This document shows, in pieces, positions 12,331 to 34,317 of a stretch of 64,000 bases of DNA (within the stretch, counting starts at the first letter, position 1; each line of letters begins with the position of its first letter). This DNA is from the human T2T-CHM13v2.0 reference genome, Homo sapiens, in the NCBI RefSeq assembly GCF_009914755.1, contig NC_060943.1; one strand, given 5' to 3'. Both the position numbers and the translations under genes were made by a program. The notes beneath the pieces are model-generated. The model did not search any database, was not told the origin of the DNA, and saw only the letters and a list, made by a program, of their open reading frames with translations.

Positions 12331-14668
12331 CTGTTTTCCATGTTGATGCCCATGCATCTCTGCTTTCTCTTGACAGGCTATTTAATCAGCAGGAAGAAAA
12401 ACAGGCCACAATTTCCACCATAACAGTAAACTTGAATGTGGATGAATAGATTACAATGTGTTCAAGCCTTGCAAAGAGAGGCATTATAGTGTATGGTGGT
12501 GTAATTGATAGTGATTACCAGGGAGAGTTAAAGGTCATTTTATACAATAACACTCCAGATTCTTTTGCTATAAAACTAGATGCTGGTTACTCAATTTTTA
12601 GTGGTACCCTTGTCAACAATTAACTCCTGAGGAAATCTCTGCCCCAACAGAGTCTACATACAGAACTGGGGGATTCAGATCCCCTGGTACAGGTAGCTTA
12701 AATCCTGGAGCCAAAATATGCATACAGCGTCCATCACATCTTGACCCTAAGGCTGGTGACCTTGTAGCTATGAAAGCGGGAAATGAAGGCATAGTACAAT
12801 TTCCTAAAGATGAAAAATAAATCATGTTCCACTCCATTTTTGTTATTACAGGGAATAACCTATCTACTAATGGTCAGCACCTGTGTCTTTGTGTCTGAAG
12901 CCAAGAATAAATTCATCACCTGGGTAGCCACCGCTGCAACTGAAGCCATCCACAGTCAATGTTGGCTATATGTTGAGTTGCCGGAGGCTGCCTGGGATGG
13001 GCTATCTTGAAGAATCGTCCCTGACAACATTTCTGAATGGCTATATTGTTACCAGTAGGGCCACAACAACAACAACACTTGCAATCCAACCTGGGCTTCC
13101 TTTCACCACACTAAGCAATCTATCTTTGCCAGGTCAGACAAAAGATGAACTCCACCCTCACCTTGCATCAAAAGTCTTGATATCTTGCCCAATAATCCTG
13201 GAACAATATACACTGAAAACCTGCTGTGCTGGTGGCTGGATTCCATACAGGCTTCGCTTTTTCTGGAGGCCTTAAATGGCTCCTCTAATGTTTCTTTGGG
13301 GTTTCTTCAGACATTTGTCAACACATACTCCAAATCAACAACACTGCCCCCCAATGAACCACAATCTCTTTCCTATTTTAATAACACATTAGTACACTAT
13401 GATTACAGTAGCTCCATTGCTGTCCCCTGGGGGGCCCTCTGGGTATGCAGATCCTATGGGTTGCAATACTGTCCCTGCATTGGATGGGAAGATGCACTTG
13501 AGGGTGGACATTAATTCCATTCACTATCCGGGATAATATTCCCTTCCCCAGTAATCTAGATGCTTACAAACACCACTGGTTACAAATGTGCTGGTCTCCC
13601 TGGTGGTGGTACCCTATCACAGTATTCTCCCCTGCCACCAGTACATTCCTCCTTCACCAACACATTAAAATATTTACCTTACATGTAGAAAAAGCTCTTA
13701 ATGATAGTAGCACTGAACTTGTGTTGTTATCAGATGAATTTGCTCAGCTGCGTACTATTGTGTTGCAAAATCAAATGGCATTAAAAATGCTTACCGCAGC
13801 CCAAGGAGGGGTTTGCACGTTACTGCAAACTGAATGTTGTGTGTATATCTCTGGTAATTCTCACAATATGACTCTCCTTGGAAAGCCATGCTGAGTGTGG
13901 TTTTTATTAATTGTGCTTTTAATTCTCCTGTGTTACCCTGTATCTGTAATCTATATCAATTATGCCTTTTCCATGTATCTGAGAGGGTATTTTCCTACAA
14001 TTGAGTATCCAATTGAGGCCAAATGTGGAGGGAAAGTTAAATATTAAATTTGAACTAAATTGAATGTGGACACAAATAATGGTCACCAAGTCCTGGCAGA
14101 GGTTGTGTGAGCCCCTTGAGGCGTTCATCCAGTGCTGTTTCAGAAAAAAATCTTTATTTCAATCTATTCCTATACGTTAGAAATTGAAAAACAATAGGCA
14201 ATCCCAAAAACAAGTTGGCCTTTTTGTGTTCCTTGAGCCCAGTCACAAAGGGCCCTTGTGACTGAGCCTCATGCCAAACAACTTGTTACAAAAAGAGCTA
14301 GGGTCCAAGACCGCACCAAGGCTTCAAGAGACCTCTCCTCGTTTGTGCATGGACGGGTGACCGCCTCCGGAGCCCAGGCTGTTTCTTCCTGCTGTGGTGA
14401 CAAATCCTCCATAGTATGGTGAGTGCGGTGTCTGACTCTGGAGCCCAGGCTGTCACTTCCCTGTCTGGTGACAAATCCTCCATAGTCTGATGAGTGTAAA
14501 TATATATACATGTTTTTTCCCTTCTCCCCTTCCCATTGCAATTTGCTTATTATATCAATTTGCTTATTATATGTGCATGGCCATTTACATGGAATAAAGC
14601 TTGTTTACCCTTAACGGTATTGTGTATGTGTCTTTTCTTCTCCCCTCATGCATTTCCTACACAGAACA

Positions 14669-17210
<2,542 letters not shown>

Positions 17211-19739
17211 CAATTTTTCTTTGAATGTCTGATAGAGTTCAGCAGTGAATTCATCTGGTTCTGAACTTTTGTTTTTGCTTGGCAATTTGTGAAATTATTA
17301 TTTCAATCTCACTGCCTGTTATTAGTCTGTTCAGAGTTTGTTTTTTTAATCTAGGAGGATTGCACATTTCCAGGAATTTATTCATCTCCTTTAGATTTTC
17401 TAGTTTTTGCATGTAAATGTGTTCATAGTAGCCCTGAATGTGATCTTTTGTATTTCTGTGGCATCAGTTGCAATAGCTTCCATTTCATTTCTAATGGAGC
17501 TTATTTGGATCTTCTCTCTTCTTTTCTTGGTTAATGCTGTTAATGGCCTATGAATTTTATTTATGTTTTCTAAGAGTTAGCTTTTCATTTCATTTATCTT
17601 TTGTATTTTTTTTCCGTTTGTTTCAGTTCATTTAGTTCTGGTCTTTCTTTTCTTCTGCTAGGTTTGGGTTTGACTTGTTTTTGTTTCTCCAGTTCCTTGA
17701 GGTGTTATCTTAGATTGTCTACTTACGCTCTTTCAGACTTTTTGATGTAGGCATTTGATACTATGAACTTTCCTTTTAGCACTGCTTTTGCTGTATCCCA
17801 GATGTTTTGATAGGTTGTGTCACTATTATCTTTCAGTTCAAAGAATTTTTAATTTCTATCTTGATTTCATCCAACGATCATTCAAAAATGGGTTGATCTT
17901 AAGTTTAATGTTTTTTCCAAAATTTATTTAATTTTCAAGTATTTGCATGGTTTTGATGGTTCATTTGGAGTTGATTTTCAATTTTATTACACTGTAGTCT
18001 GAGAGAGTAGTTGATATGGTTTTGATTGTCTTAAATTTATTGAGACTTGTTTTGTGGCCTATCATATGTCTATCTTGGAGAATGTTCCATGTGCTGATGA
18101 ATTAAATGTATATTCTGAAGTTGTTGGGTAGAATGCTCTGTAAATATCTGGCAAGTCCATTTCTTCTAGGGTATAGCTTAAGTCCATTTTTTTTTTGTTA
18201 TTGTTGACTTTCTGTCTTGATGACTTGTCTAGTGTTGTCAGTAGAGTATTGCAGTCCCCCATTATAATTGTATTGCCATCTATGTAATTTCTTAGGTCTA
18301 GTAGTAATTGTTTTATAAATTTAGGAGCTCCAGTGTTAGGCGCATACATATTTAGAATTGTGATATTTTCCTATTGGACTAGTTTCTTTATCATTACATA
18401 ATGTCCCTCTTTGTCTTTTTCTTTTTGACTGTTTTTGCTTTAAAGTCTGTTTTGTCTAATGTAAGAATGGCTACTACTGCTTTCTTTTGGGGTATATTTG
18501 CATGGAATATCTTTTTCTAACCCTTTACCTTAAGTTTAAGTGAGTCGTTATGTGTTGGGTGAGCCTCTTGAAGACAGTAGATATTTCGTTGGTAAACTCT
18601 TATCCATTTTGCTATTCTGCATCTTTTAACTGGAATATTTAGGCCGTTTACATTCAACGTTAGTATTGAGATGTGAAGGACTATTCTATTCATTGTGCTA
18701 GTCATTGCCTGAATACCTTCTTTATTGTGTTATTGTTTTATAGGCCTTGAGAGATTTATGCCGTAAGGAGGTTCTATTTCATTGTATTTTGAGGTTTTGT
18801 TTCAAGATTTAGAACTCCTTTTAGCAGTTCTTACAGTAGTGGCTTGGTAGTGGTGAATTCTCTAAGCATTTGTTTGTCTGAAAAAGACTGTATCTTTCCT
18901 TCATTTATGAAGCTTAGTTTCACTGGATACAAAATTTTTGGCTGATACTTGTTCTGTTTAAGGAGGCTAGACAGAGGACCCCAATCGCTTCTAGCTTGTA
19001 GGGTTTCTGCTGAGAAATCTGCTGTTAATCTGATATGTCTTTCTTTATAGGTTATCTGATGCTTTTGTCTCACAGCTCTTAAAAATCTCTTCTTCATATT
19101 GACTTCAGATAACCTGGTGACTATGCGCCTAGGTGATGATCTTTTTGTGATGAATTTCCTTGGTGTTCTTTGAACTTCTTGTATTTGCATGTCTAGATCT
19201 CTAGCAAGGCCAGGAAAGTTTTTCTCAATTATTCCCTCAAATAAGTTTTCCAAACTTTTAGATTTCTCCTCTACCTTGGGAACACCAATTATTGTTAGAT
19301 TTTATTGTTTAACATAATTCCAAGCTTCTTGGAGGCTTAGCTCATTTTTAAATTCTTTTTTGTTTGTCTTTGTTAGATTGGAATATTCAAAAGTCTTGTC
19401 TTTGAGGTCTGAAGTTCTTTCTTCTACTTGTTTGGTTCTATTGTTGTAATTTCCCACTATAATTTGCATTTCTTTAAGTGTGCCTTTCATTTCCAGAAGT
19501 CATGGTTGTTTTCTATTTATGCTATCTATTTCTCTGGAGATTTTTTTCATCCATATCCTGTATTTTTTAAAAATTTCATTAAGTTAGTATTCACCTTTCT
19601 GTAGTGTCTCTTTAAGTGGCTTAATAATGGAATTTATGAATTCTTTCTCTGGCAATTCAGGGATTTTTTTCTTGGTTTGGATCCACTGCTAGTGAGCTTG
19701 TGTGGTCCTTTGAAGGTGTTAAAAAAAATTCTTGCTTTT

Positions 19740-20061
<322 letters not shown>

Positions 20062-20563
20062 TTACCAGAATTTTGTTTTGGTTCCTTCTCATTTGGGTAG
20101 TCTATGTCAGAAGTAAGACCTGAGGCTCTAGGCTGCTGTTCAGATTCTTTTGTTTCATGGGGTGATCCCTTGATGTGATGGTCTCCCCTTTTCCCTTGGG
20201 ATGGGGCTTCCTGAGAGTCAGACTGCAGGGATTGTTATTGCTCTTCTGGGTTTAACCACCCAGTGGAGCTACTGGTCTCTGGGCTGGTACTGGGGAGTAT
20301 CTGCAAAGAGTCCTGTGATGTGATCTGTCTTCAGGTTTCTCAGCCATGGATAATACCACCTGCTCTGGTAGAGGTAGCAGGGGACTAAAGTGGACTCTGT
20401 GAGGGTCCTTGGTTGTAATTCAGTTTAGTGCACTGGTTTTTTTGAATGCAGGTTGTTCTAGCAGTGAAGTTGTCACATGGACAGACTGAAGACTTCTGTG
20501 TAGCCAGGATGTTACAATGTTACAGGTGGAATTAGCTGTTGTTTTCTCCTTTATTGGAGTGGG

Positions 20564-20868
<305 letters not shown>

Positions 20869-22090
20869 GGGGTCGTTATTTTGTGAGTTACTGTAAGGGC
20901 TTGAGTTGGTTGGCCTCCAACCTGGAGGTGGCAGCTTTAAGACAGCATCAGCTGTGGTAATATGGGGGTATGCAAGCTTGCCACCAGGTCACCTGGATAA
21001 GTATTCATGTTTTTCAGGCAATGAGTGGGAACATAGAGCTCCCAAGAGAGTATGTCTTTTGTCTTCAGCTACCAGGGTGGGTAGAGTAAGGCCATCAGGT
21101 GAGGGCAGGGTTGGACATGTCTGAGCTCAGACCCTCCTTGGGTGGGGCTTGCTGCAGCTGCTGTGGGGTTGGGAGTATGGTTCTCAGGCCAATGGAGTTA
21201 TGTTTCCAGGGGGATTATGGCTGCCTCTGCTGTATCATATAGGTCAGGATGGAAGTGAAGGAAAGCCAGCAGTGACAGGCCTCACTCAGCTCCCATGAAG
21301 CCAGAAAGGCCAGTTTCACTCACGCCCTACCCCACCAACAGCATCAAGTTTATATCCAGTTGGTGAGCAGTACTGAGATCTTGCCCCAGGCTATAAGCCT
21401 CCCCATTGAGAAAGCAACCTGGGCTTTCAGGCCCCACCCCTCACCACCTGCCATGGATTCTGTGCCCATATCTGTGCTTCCCATTCACTGTCCCCTCACC
21501 GATTCTGCCAAGGAAAATTCACACTAGGTCAAAACTATTACAAAGTTTAGCTGGCAGTTTGCTTCTCCCTGTGGTTCTTCCCCAATTCCACTGGCAGCCC
21601 GTCCCAAGGACCCCTGTGAGATAAAGTCAGAAACGGCTTCCCTGAGGACCAAGAGTGCCTGTAGGGCTCTTCCCACTGCTTCTTCTACTTTTATATTTTG
21701 CTTGGCTCTCTAAGTTCATTTCGGCTCTAGGTAAGGTTAAATGCTTCTCTGGTGATCTGGATTTTCAGGTTTTGAATATGTGTGTTTAGAGGTGAATGTT
21801 CCATCTCTTATACTTTTGGCACTTTCTGTTTTTCAGTTGTCTTGCAGAGGTTGCAGTGGCAAGCCACTTCTTTCAAAGAGTCTGTGCATTCTTTTGGTTT
21901 TCCTGGTATGTTCCTATGGTAGTTCTTGGAGCAAAAGTTCATGATGAGAGTCTCCACATGCTGTTCTGTCCATCCAAGTGGGAGATACAAGTTAGTCCTG
22001 TCTCCTAGCCACCATTTTTCTTTTTGCCTTTTGAGAGAAAGATATTGATTGACTCTTCATCAGAGATTTAAAAAAAACTGTTAAGTAGGA

Positions 22091-22412
22091 CTTCTCTCTC
22101 TTTCTTTTCTTTCTTTTTCTTTTCTTTTTTTTTTTCTTTTTTTTTTTTTTTGCCAAGGAGTTTTATTCTTGTTGTCCAGGCTGGAGTGCAATGGCATGAC
22201 CTCGGCTAACTGCAACCTCTGCCTCCCTGATTAAAGCAATTCTCCTGTCTCAGCCTTGTGAGTAGCTAGGATTACAGGCATTTTGTATTTTTAGTAGAGA
22301 CAGTGTTTCACCATGTTAGTCAGGCTGGTATCGAAATCCCGATCTCAGGTGATCCACCTGCCCGGACCTCCCAAAGTGCTGGCATTACAGGCGTGAGCCA
22401 CTGCACCTGGCT
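22091..22412 (-). mobile_element. Alu
   Basis: Antisense Alu with long T/CT tail. Confidence 0.88.
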
Positions 22413-22744
22413 CTCTTTATTGTTTTAAACAGAACTCTAATTTTTCTTCAGGCCACTGATTTAGTTTCTTATTATACATTTATTTATTTATCTGTTTCTT
22501 ATTGCCTGTCCCCCCAACTAGACCAATTGCAAAAAATTCAACTGCAGAAATATACGGTAAGTTTTTCATGGATGATTACTCATTAACTATAAATACATAA
22601 AAATTTTATGTACACATTTATCTGAGCTGCCCTCATATGGCCTTCTACAGAATGCTTGAAGTTAGATTAAAAATAATCTACAGATAAATATTCACTGATA
22701 GAATGCTTAAAGCTGAAGCCTACTGGTGAAAATGTTGTTCCTTT

Positions 22745-23525
22745 CTCACCAGAAATGAAGTAGATACATTTATTTCTGGACTTGCTATTATGCTTCATTA
22801 GTGTGTGTTTATTTTTATCCAGTGCCATGCCGTTTGCTTACTGTAGTTTTTTTTTTTTTTTTGAGACAAGGTCTCATTCTGTTGCCCAGGGTGGAGTGCA
22901 GTGGCTTGATCATGGCTCACTGTGGCCTCGACCTCACAGGATCAAAGGATCCTCCTACCTCAGTGTCTCAAGCAGCTGAGACTACGGGTTTGTGCCATTA
23001 TTCCCTGCTAATTTTTGTAGTTTTTGTAGAGATGGTGTTTTGTTATGTTGCCCAGGCTGGTCTAAAACTCCTGGGCTCAAGCAACCCACCTTGGCCTCCC
23101 AAACTACTGGGACCACAGGTGTGAGCCACTACACCTGGCCTTACTGTAGCTTTGTAATATATTCAGAGACCAGGTAGTGTGATGCCGCCAGCTTTGTTCT
23201 TTTTCCTCAAGATTGCTTAGGCTATTCTGGGTCTTTCATGAATTGATAAAGATTTGTGAATTACTTTTTAATTCTGTAAAAAATATAATTGGAATTTTTA
23301 TAAGGATTGCATTAAATCTGTAGATCACTTTGGGTAGTATGGACATTTTCACAATATTAATTCTTTCCATTCATGAGCACGGTGTATCTTTCAATTTTTT
23401 AGTGTCTTCAATTTATTTTATTAATGTTTTAGAGTTTTTAGTGTATGGATCTTTTACCTCTTTGAATAAATTTATTTATGTGTATTTTATTCTTTTTGAT
23501 GCTTTTGTAAATGAAATTTTAATCT
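22745..23525 (-). mobile_element. Old L1 (L1M) ORF2 fragment with nested AluJ (22847-23140)
   Basis: ccagtgccatgccgttt...tactgtagctttgtaatat...gatcactttgggtagtatggacatt is antisense L1 ORF2. Confidence 0.75.
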
Positions 23526-23761
23526 CAATCCTTGTCTACACATCTATTCAACTTTAACAGCTTTAGAGTTTAAACCAAATACGTGTGGCAATGCAGGAGA
23601 GGAAATAAACCCAAAGTTTTATAGTTTTGTAAAATACAGGTGCTCAGTTTAGCATCCTGTGTTATGCCCTGGGGTGCCAAGCATCGCATTAAGCTCAAAC
23701 TTAAGCTCAGATTGACTTATTCTTTGGGATAACCCAAAGATAGAGGAACTCATCATCCTTA

Positions 23762-24280
<519 letters not shown>

Positions 24281-24704
24281 TCAAATATTGATAATCAGGA
24301 GGAAGGAGTTAGATTGACCCAATACTTGATGGAACACTTATTTTTAACTTAATGCAGCCATGAAAGTGCTTATAACACTTGGGGCTTTAAGTTCATCAAT
24401 TAAGGCAGAATTTCTATAGAGTATACTTTTCCCTATAAAATGTATTTAGCCATTGATAACTCTATGTAGTTCTGTGGAATATGTGCTTATTAGACAGATC
24501 AGGTGTTTTGGCTAAGAATAAGATGAGTAACTGTGTTTTAAAAATATATATTTATAAATAATTTTAATCTTGAATATTTAATAACCATTAACTACTGTTT
24601 GAATACGTCTTTGTCCAAAACATATATATGTCTATATACATTCTAGATAATATATAATATGTATATATATAATACATACATACATATATAATCATATGTA
24701 ATAT

Positions 24705-25254
<550 letters not shown>

Positions 25255-25263
25255 GGGCTTTTG

Positions 25264-26032
25264 TGAATGGTATAGTTTAGATGTAGTTTGTCCCTGAAAA
25301 AGACTCATGTTGAAATTTGATCCCCTATGTGGCAGTGTTGGGAGGGGGGCCTCATGTGAGATTTTAGGTCATAAATAGATTAATGCTCTCCTGCAGAGAT
25401 GAGTTCTCACTCTCAAAGTTTCCAGCAAGAATAGATTTTTAAAAATCTGGCTTTCTCAAGTTTATCTCCCTTTTGCTTCACCTCTTGCTATATAATCTTT
25501 TTGCACATACCTGCTTCCCTTCTGCTTTCTACCATGAGTGGAAGTAACATGAGGTGTTGGGGTGATCAGACCCAACACCAGGTCGTGGGGGTGACGAAGT
25601 CCGTTGGAGTCAAAGGACTGAGAAAAAGACAGTTTGAGAGAGAAAGTGGGACCAGGGGGCCATCACGAGTGTGGAGACTGTGAAGGCCCCGAGCTCTGGG
25701 AGCCCATGCTATTTATTGGTGCCAAACAAACAGGTGATGAGGATTTGGGGGTTGAAAGGAAACAGTGTATCAAGTGAATGAGAAACATATGGCTGCTTGA
25801 GATAACGAGAGTGCTAGAAGCAAGGAGCCAGCAAGTCTAGCAGACATGCAAGCCCTGCCTCAGCTTCTCTCCCAACACTCAGCTTTTCTCCCAACATGAG
25901 GCTTTCACCAAAAGCCAAACAGATGCCAGCTCCATTCCTCTTGTGCTTCCCAGCCTGAAGAACCATGAGCTAAATAAACCTCTTTATACATTACCCAGTC
26001 TCAGGTTCTCCTATATCACAAAAAGGACTAAA
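25264..26032 (+). mobile_element. MaLR LTR (MST-type) split by LTR14A
   Basis: ggtatagtttagatg...ctcatgttgaaatttgatccc...aaccatgagctaaataaacctcttt...ggactaa. Confidence 0.75.
25555..25896 (-). mobile_element. HERV-K(HML-1) LTR14A solo LTR
   Basis: Reverse complement tgttgggagaaaagctgagtgttgggagagaagctgagg...gatcaccccaaca, 342 bp, TSD tgagg. Confidence 0.85.
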
Positions 26033-26804
26033 CCAGTGAGCTTTGCATTAATCAACCTGATTTTCAACCTGGCCTTGGCCTCTCAAGACCCCAGTGCTCA
26101 GTCACACCCACTATGTCCATGTGGGCCTGTCCTTCACTCATCTTTGTAATACTCTAGACTTTTGAATGCCACTCATGTCAACTTGGCCATGAACTGGCCT
26201 AGGCCTAGAAATGCCCATGATTAGAATCTAGTCACTCTAATGACTGAACCCTCTTTTTAAAGAAACTCTAGCTATTCAATTGACTTTGTTGTAGAAAAAA
26301 ATGTGTCATCAATAAAATACTTTGCCCTGTCTAGAGGACACCACTACAGATTATCACACTCTAGCCAGTACTCTCTTTGAGTGCTTTTACAACTTTTTCT
26401 AAGGTTTAGGTCACTGAAAGACATTCACAATGTCTTGTCCAGTAGAGTGTAAATTGTTTCTTCTCTCACAATACAATAATACGAGTCTCCCTCCATTTAT
26501 ATATTTATTTAAATATTTCCAATTTATATTGCTTTTGCTGTATATTTGAATTTTTTTTTGTACTGGTTATCATATATGCTGATTCCTCAGAAGTTAAATA
26601 AACATTTTAATATGTGTGCCTATCTTTTGTGGTTATTTAGATATCTAGGTGACTACAGCTTCAGTAGAACTTTGTTGACTTCATTTTGATTTTATTTTCA
26701 ATTTTCCTTTCAGCTTATTTAGTGTTTCTGTGTTTTTCTGCTGCATTTACAGCATATTATCTAGTCTTTATCACTGGCAACAGTGGCTTGAAGTTTGTTT
26801 ATAA

Positions 26805-27912
<1,108 letters not shown>

Positions 27913-27914
27913 TT

Positions 27915-29339
<1,425 letters not shown>

Positions 29340-30072
29340 TCATTATTTTCCAGTTACTAATATTTTCATTCAGAGTGAGAATATTCTGCATAGACACATA
29401 AGGTCTGTTTTATGGTGGCAACTAAAATGGACTATTTTTCCACATACTATTGTTTTCAACTTATAACTTTGTTTTTAAACTCCACTTTTCTTTCACTAAG
29501 ATTTTTTTGATTCTCTCTCTCTTTCTACACACACACACACACACACACACACAGATATAAACACATACACACACATATAGATATTTACACATTATTTTCA
29601 TTTAGCCTGTGCTTTTAAAAATAAATTTCAGTGGTTGACACCTAGTTCACATGTTGTCAGGCATTTTCTATTTTAGTAATTTAATTTTCACCTATATTAT
29701 TTCATTGAAATACATTTGAATTAAATATGAAACTTTAATATGAAAGATTCCATTGGCTTTTCTTGCAAAAAACTTTAATATAAAAGATGCCATTGGCTTT
29801 TTTATTATTATAAATATATGTAGTGTGATAACACTGTATACATAGCACTATAAAACTACTGTATTAGTGTGTTACATATAATTTTTATAACTCTATGAAG
29901 TGCTTTATTATTCCCATTTTACAGGTGAAGAGAGCTTAGATACAAATAGAATACATAACATTTCTAAAATCACCTCCTTGTAGGAGGCAGTTTCAGGAGT
30001 TGAAGATGTTTTTAACAATAGTTAATATATGCTGTCTCAGCATCAGATATATATTTTTTAAAAATCTACATA

Positions 30073-30352
<280 letters not shown>

Positions 30353-30739
30353 ACGACACATATTTTAAAAACATGTACCTTTTGTTAGCTTTTTAAAGAA
30401 TGTTTGTACATATTTATTTAAAAATGCATATGAAAATTTTACATTTAAATATGATTGCATAATTTATTGGCAAATATCTATAATGATTCAAAGATTCAAG
30501 TAGAATATAAATGTTCTGATTTAGCATCATCTTAAAATAAGTGGAATTTGTTGAATGCAAAAATGGTTTCCTCATGGAATTAGAAGACTTTTTAACTTAA
30601 CCAAGAAGGAGCACATAGTGGAATGGCAATTGAGAAAAGGGACTTGAAACATGAGTAGAAGGTCAAATATTGCATAGAAAAACTAAATTACCATAAGTAT
30701 ATAGAGAAAATCAGTATTTGTGAATGCAAAAATATCAAA

Positions 30740-33085
<2,346 letters not shown>

Positions 33086-33440
33086 ATAAAAAAGATTCAG
33101 AACTAGAGTAGATAAAACAACAATGATTTTAAAAAGAGCTTTTTTGCCCTTCTAAAATATGGGTGTTAATAGATGTTCTGGATCTTCAGCCTCATCTTGG
33201 ACCATGAAGAATGGAAAACAAATGTCAGGGGTGATGGAGCAGAGACATCCCTAAAGGCTTCCTGAGGCTGCCATGCTGACCCAGGTATGCCTAACTCCTG
33301 AGTTTTTATGTGAAAAAAATATAACTTACGTGTTTTAAGTCAGTATAGATAGATCTCTATTATTCATAGCTGAATAAAGTAAAATGAGCTGTTGAACTTG
33401 AAAAAAAAATAGAGATATTTTGAAAAATTTGCTCCAGTTA

Positions 33441-33896
<456 letters not shown>

Positions 33897-34011
33897 TCAG
33901 TGTGTCTTTCTGGATTCTGTGCTTCCTTAAAATGTTCTGCTAAAAAGGAAATTTTCTGTTAATCTTCAAATTCCTGAGCCAAACTAGTCTTTAATATTTA
34001 ATAGAGAAATG

Positions 34012-34317
<306 letters not shown>

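Larger units (their letters stand above)
7897..14668 (+). mobile_element. Internally deleted class III ERV provirus (LTR66/HERVL66-like, HERV-S-related), left copy
   Basis: 5' LTR 7897-9522 (split by LTR13), PBS at 9527, short gag remnant, RT/RNase H remnants at about 10000-11200 (FWRHHIPHL, FTDGSA), dUTPase motif GVIDSDYQGELKVI at about 12498-12540, env TM LQNQMALKMLTAAQGGVC...ECC at 13586-13894, 3' LTR 14024-14668. Confidence 0.88.
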
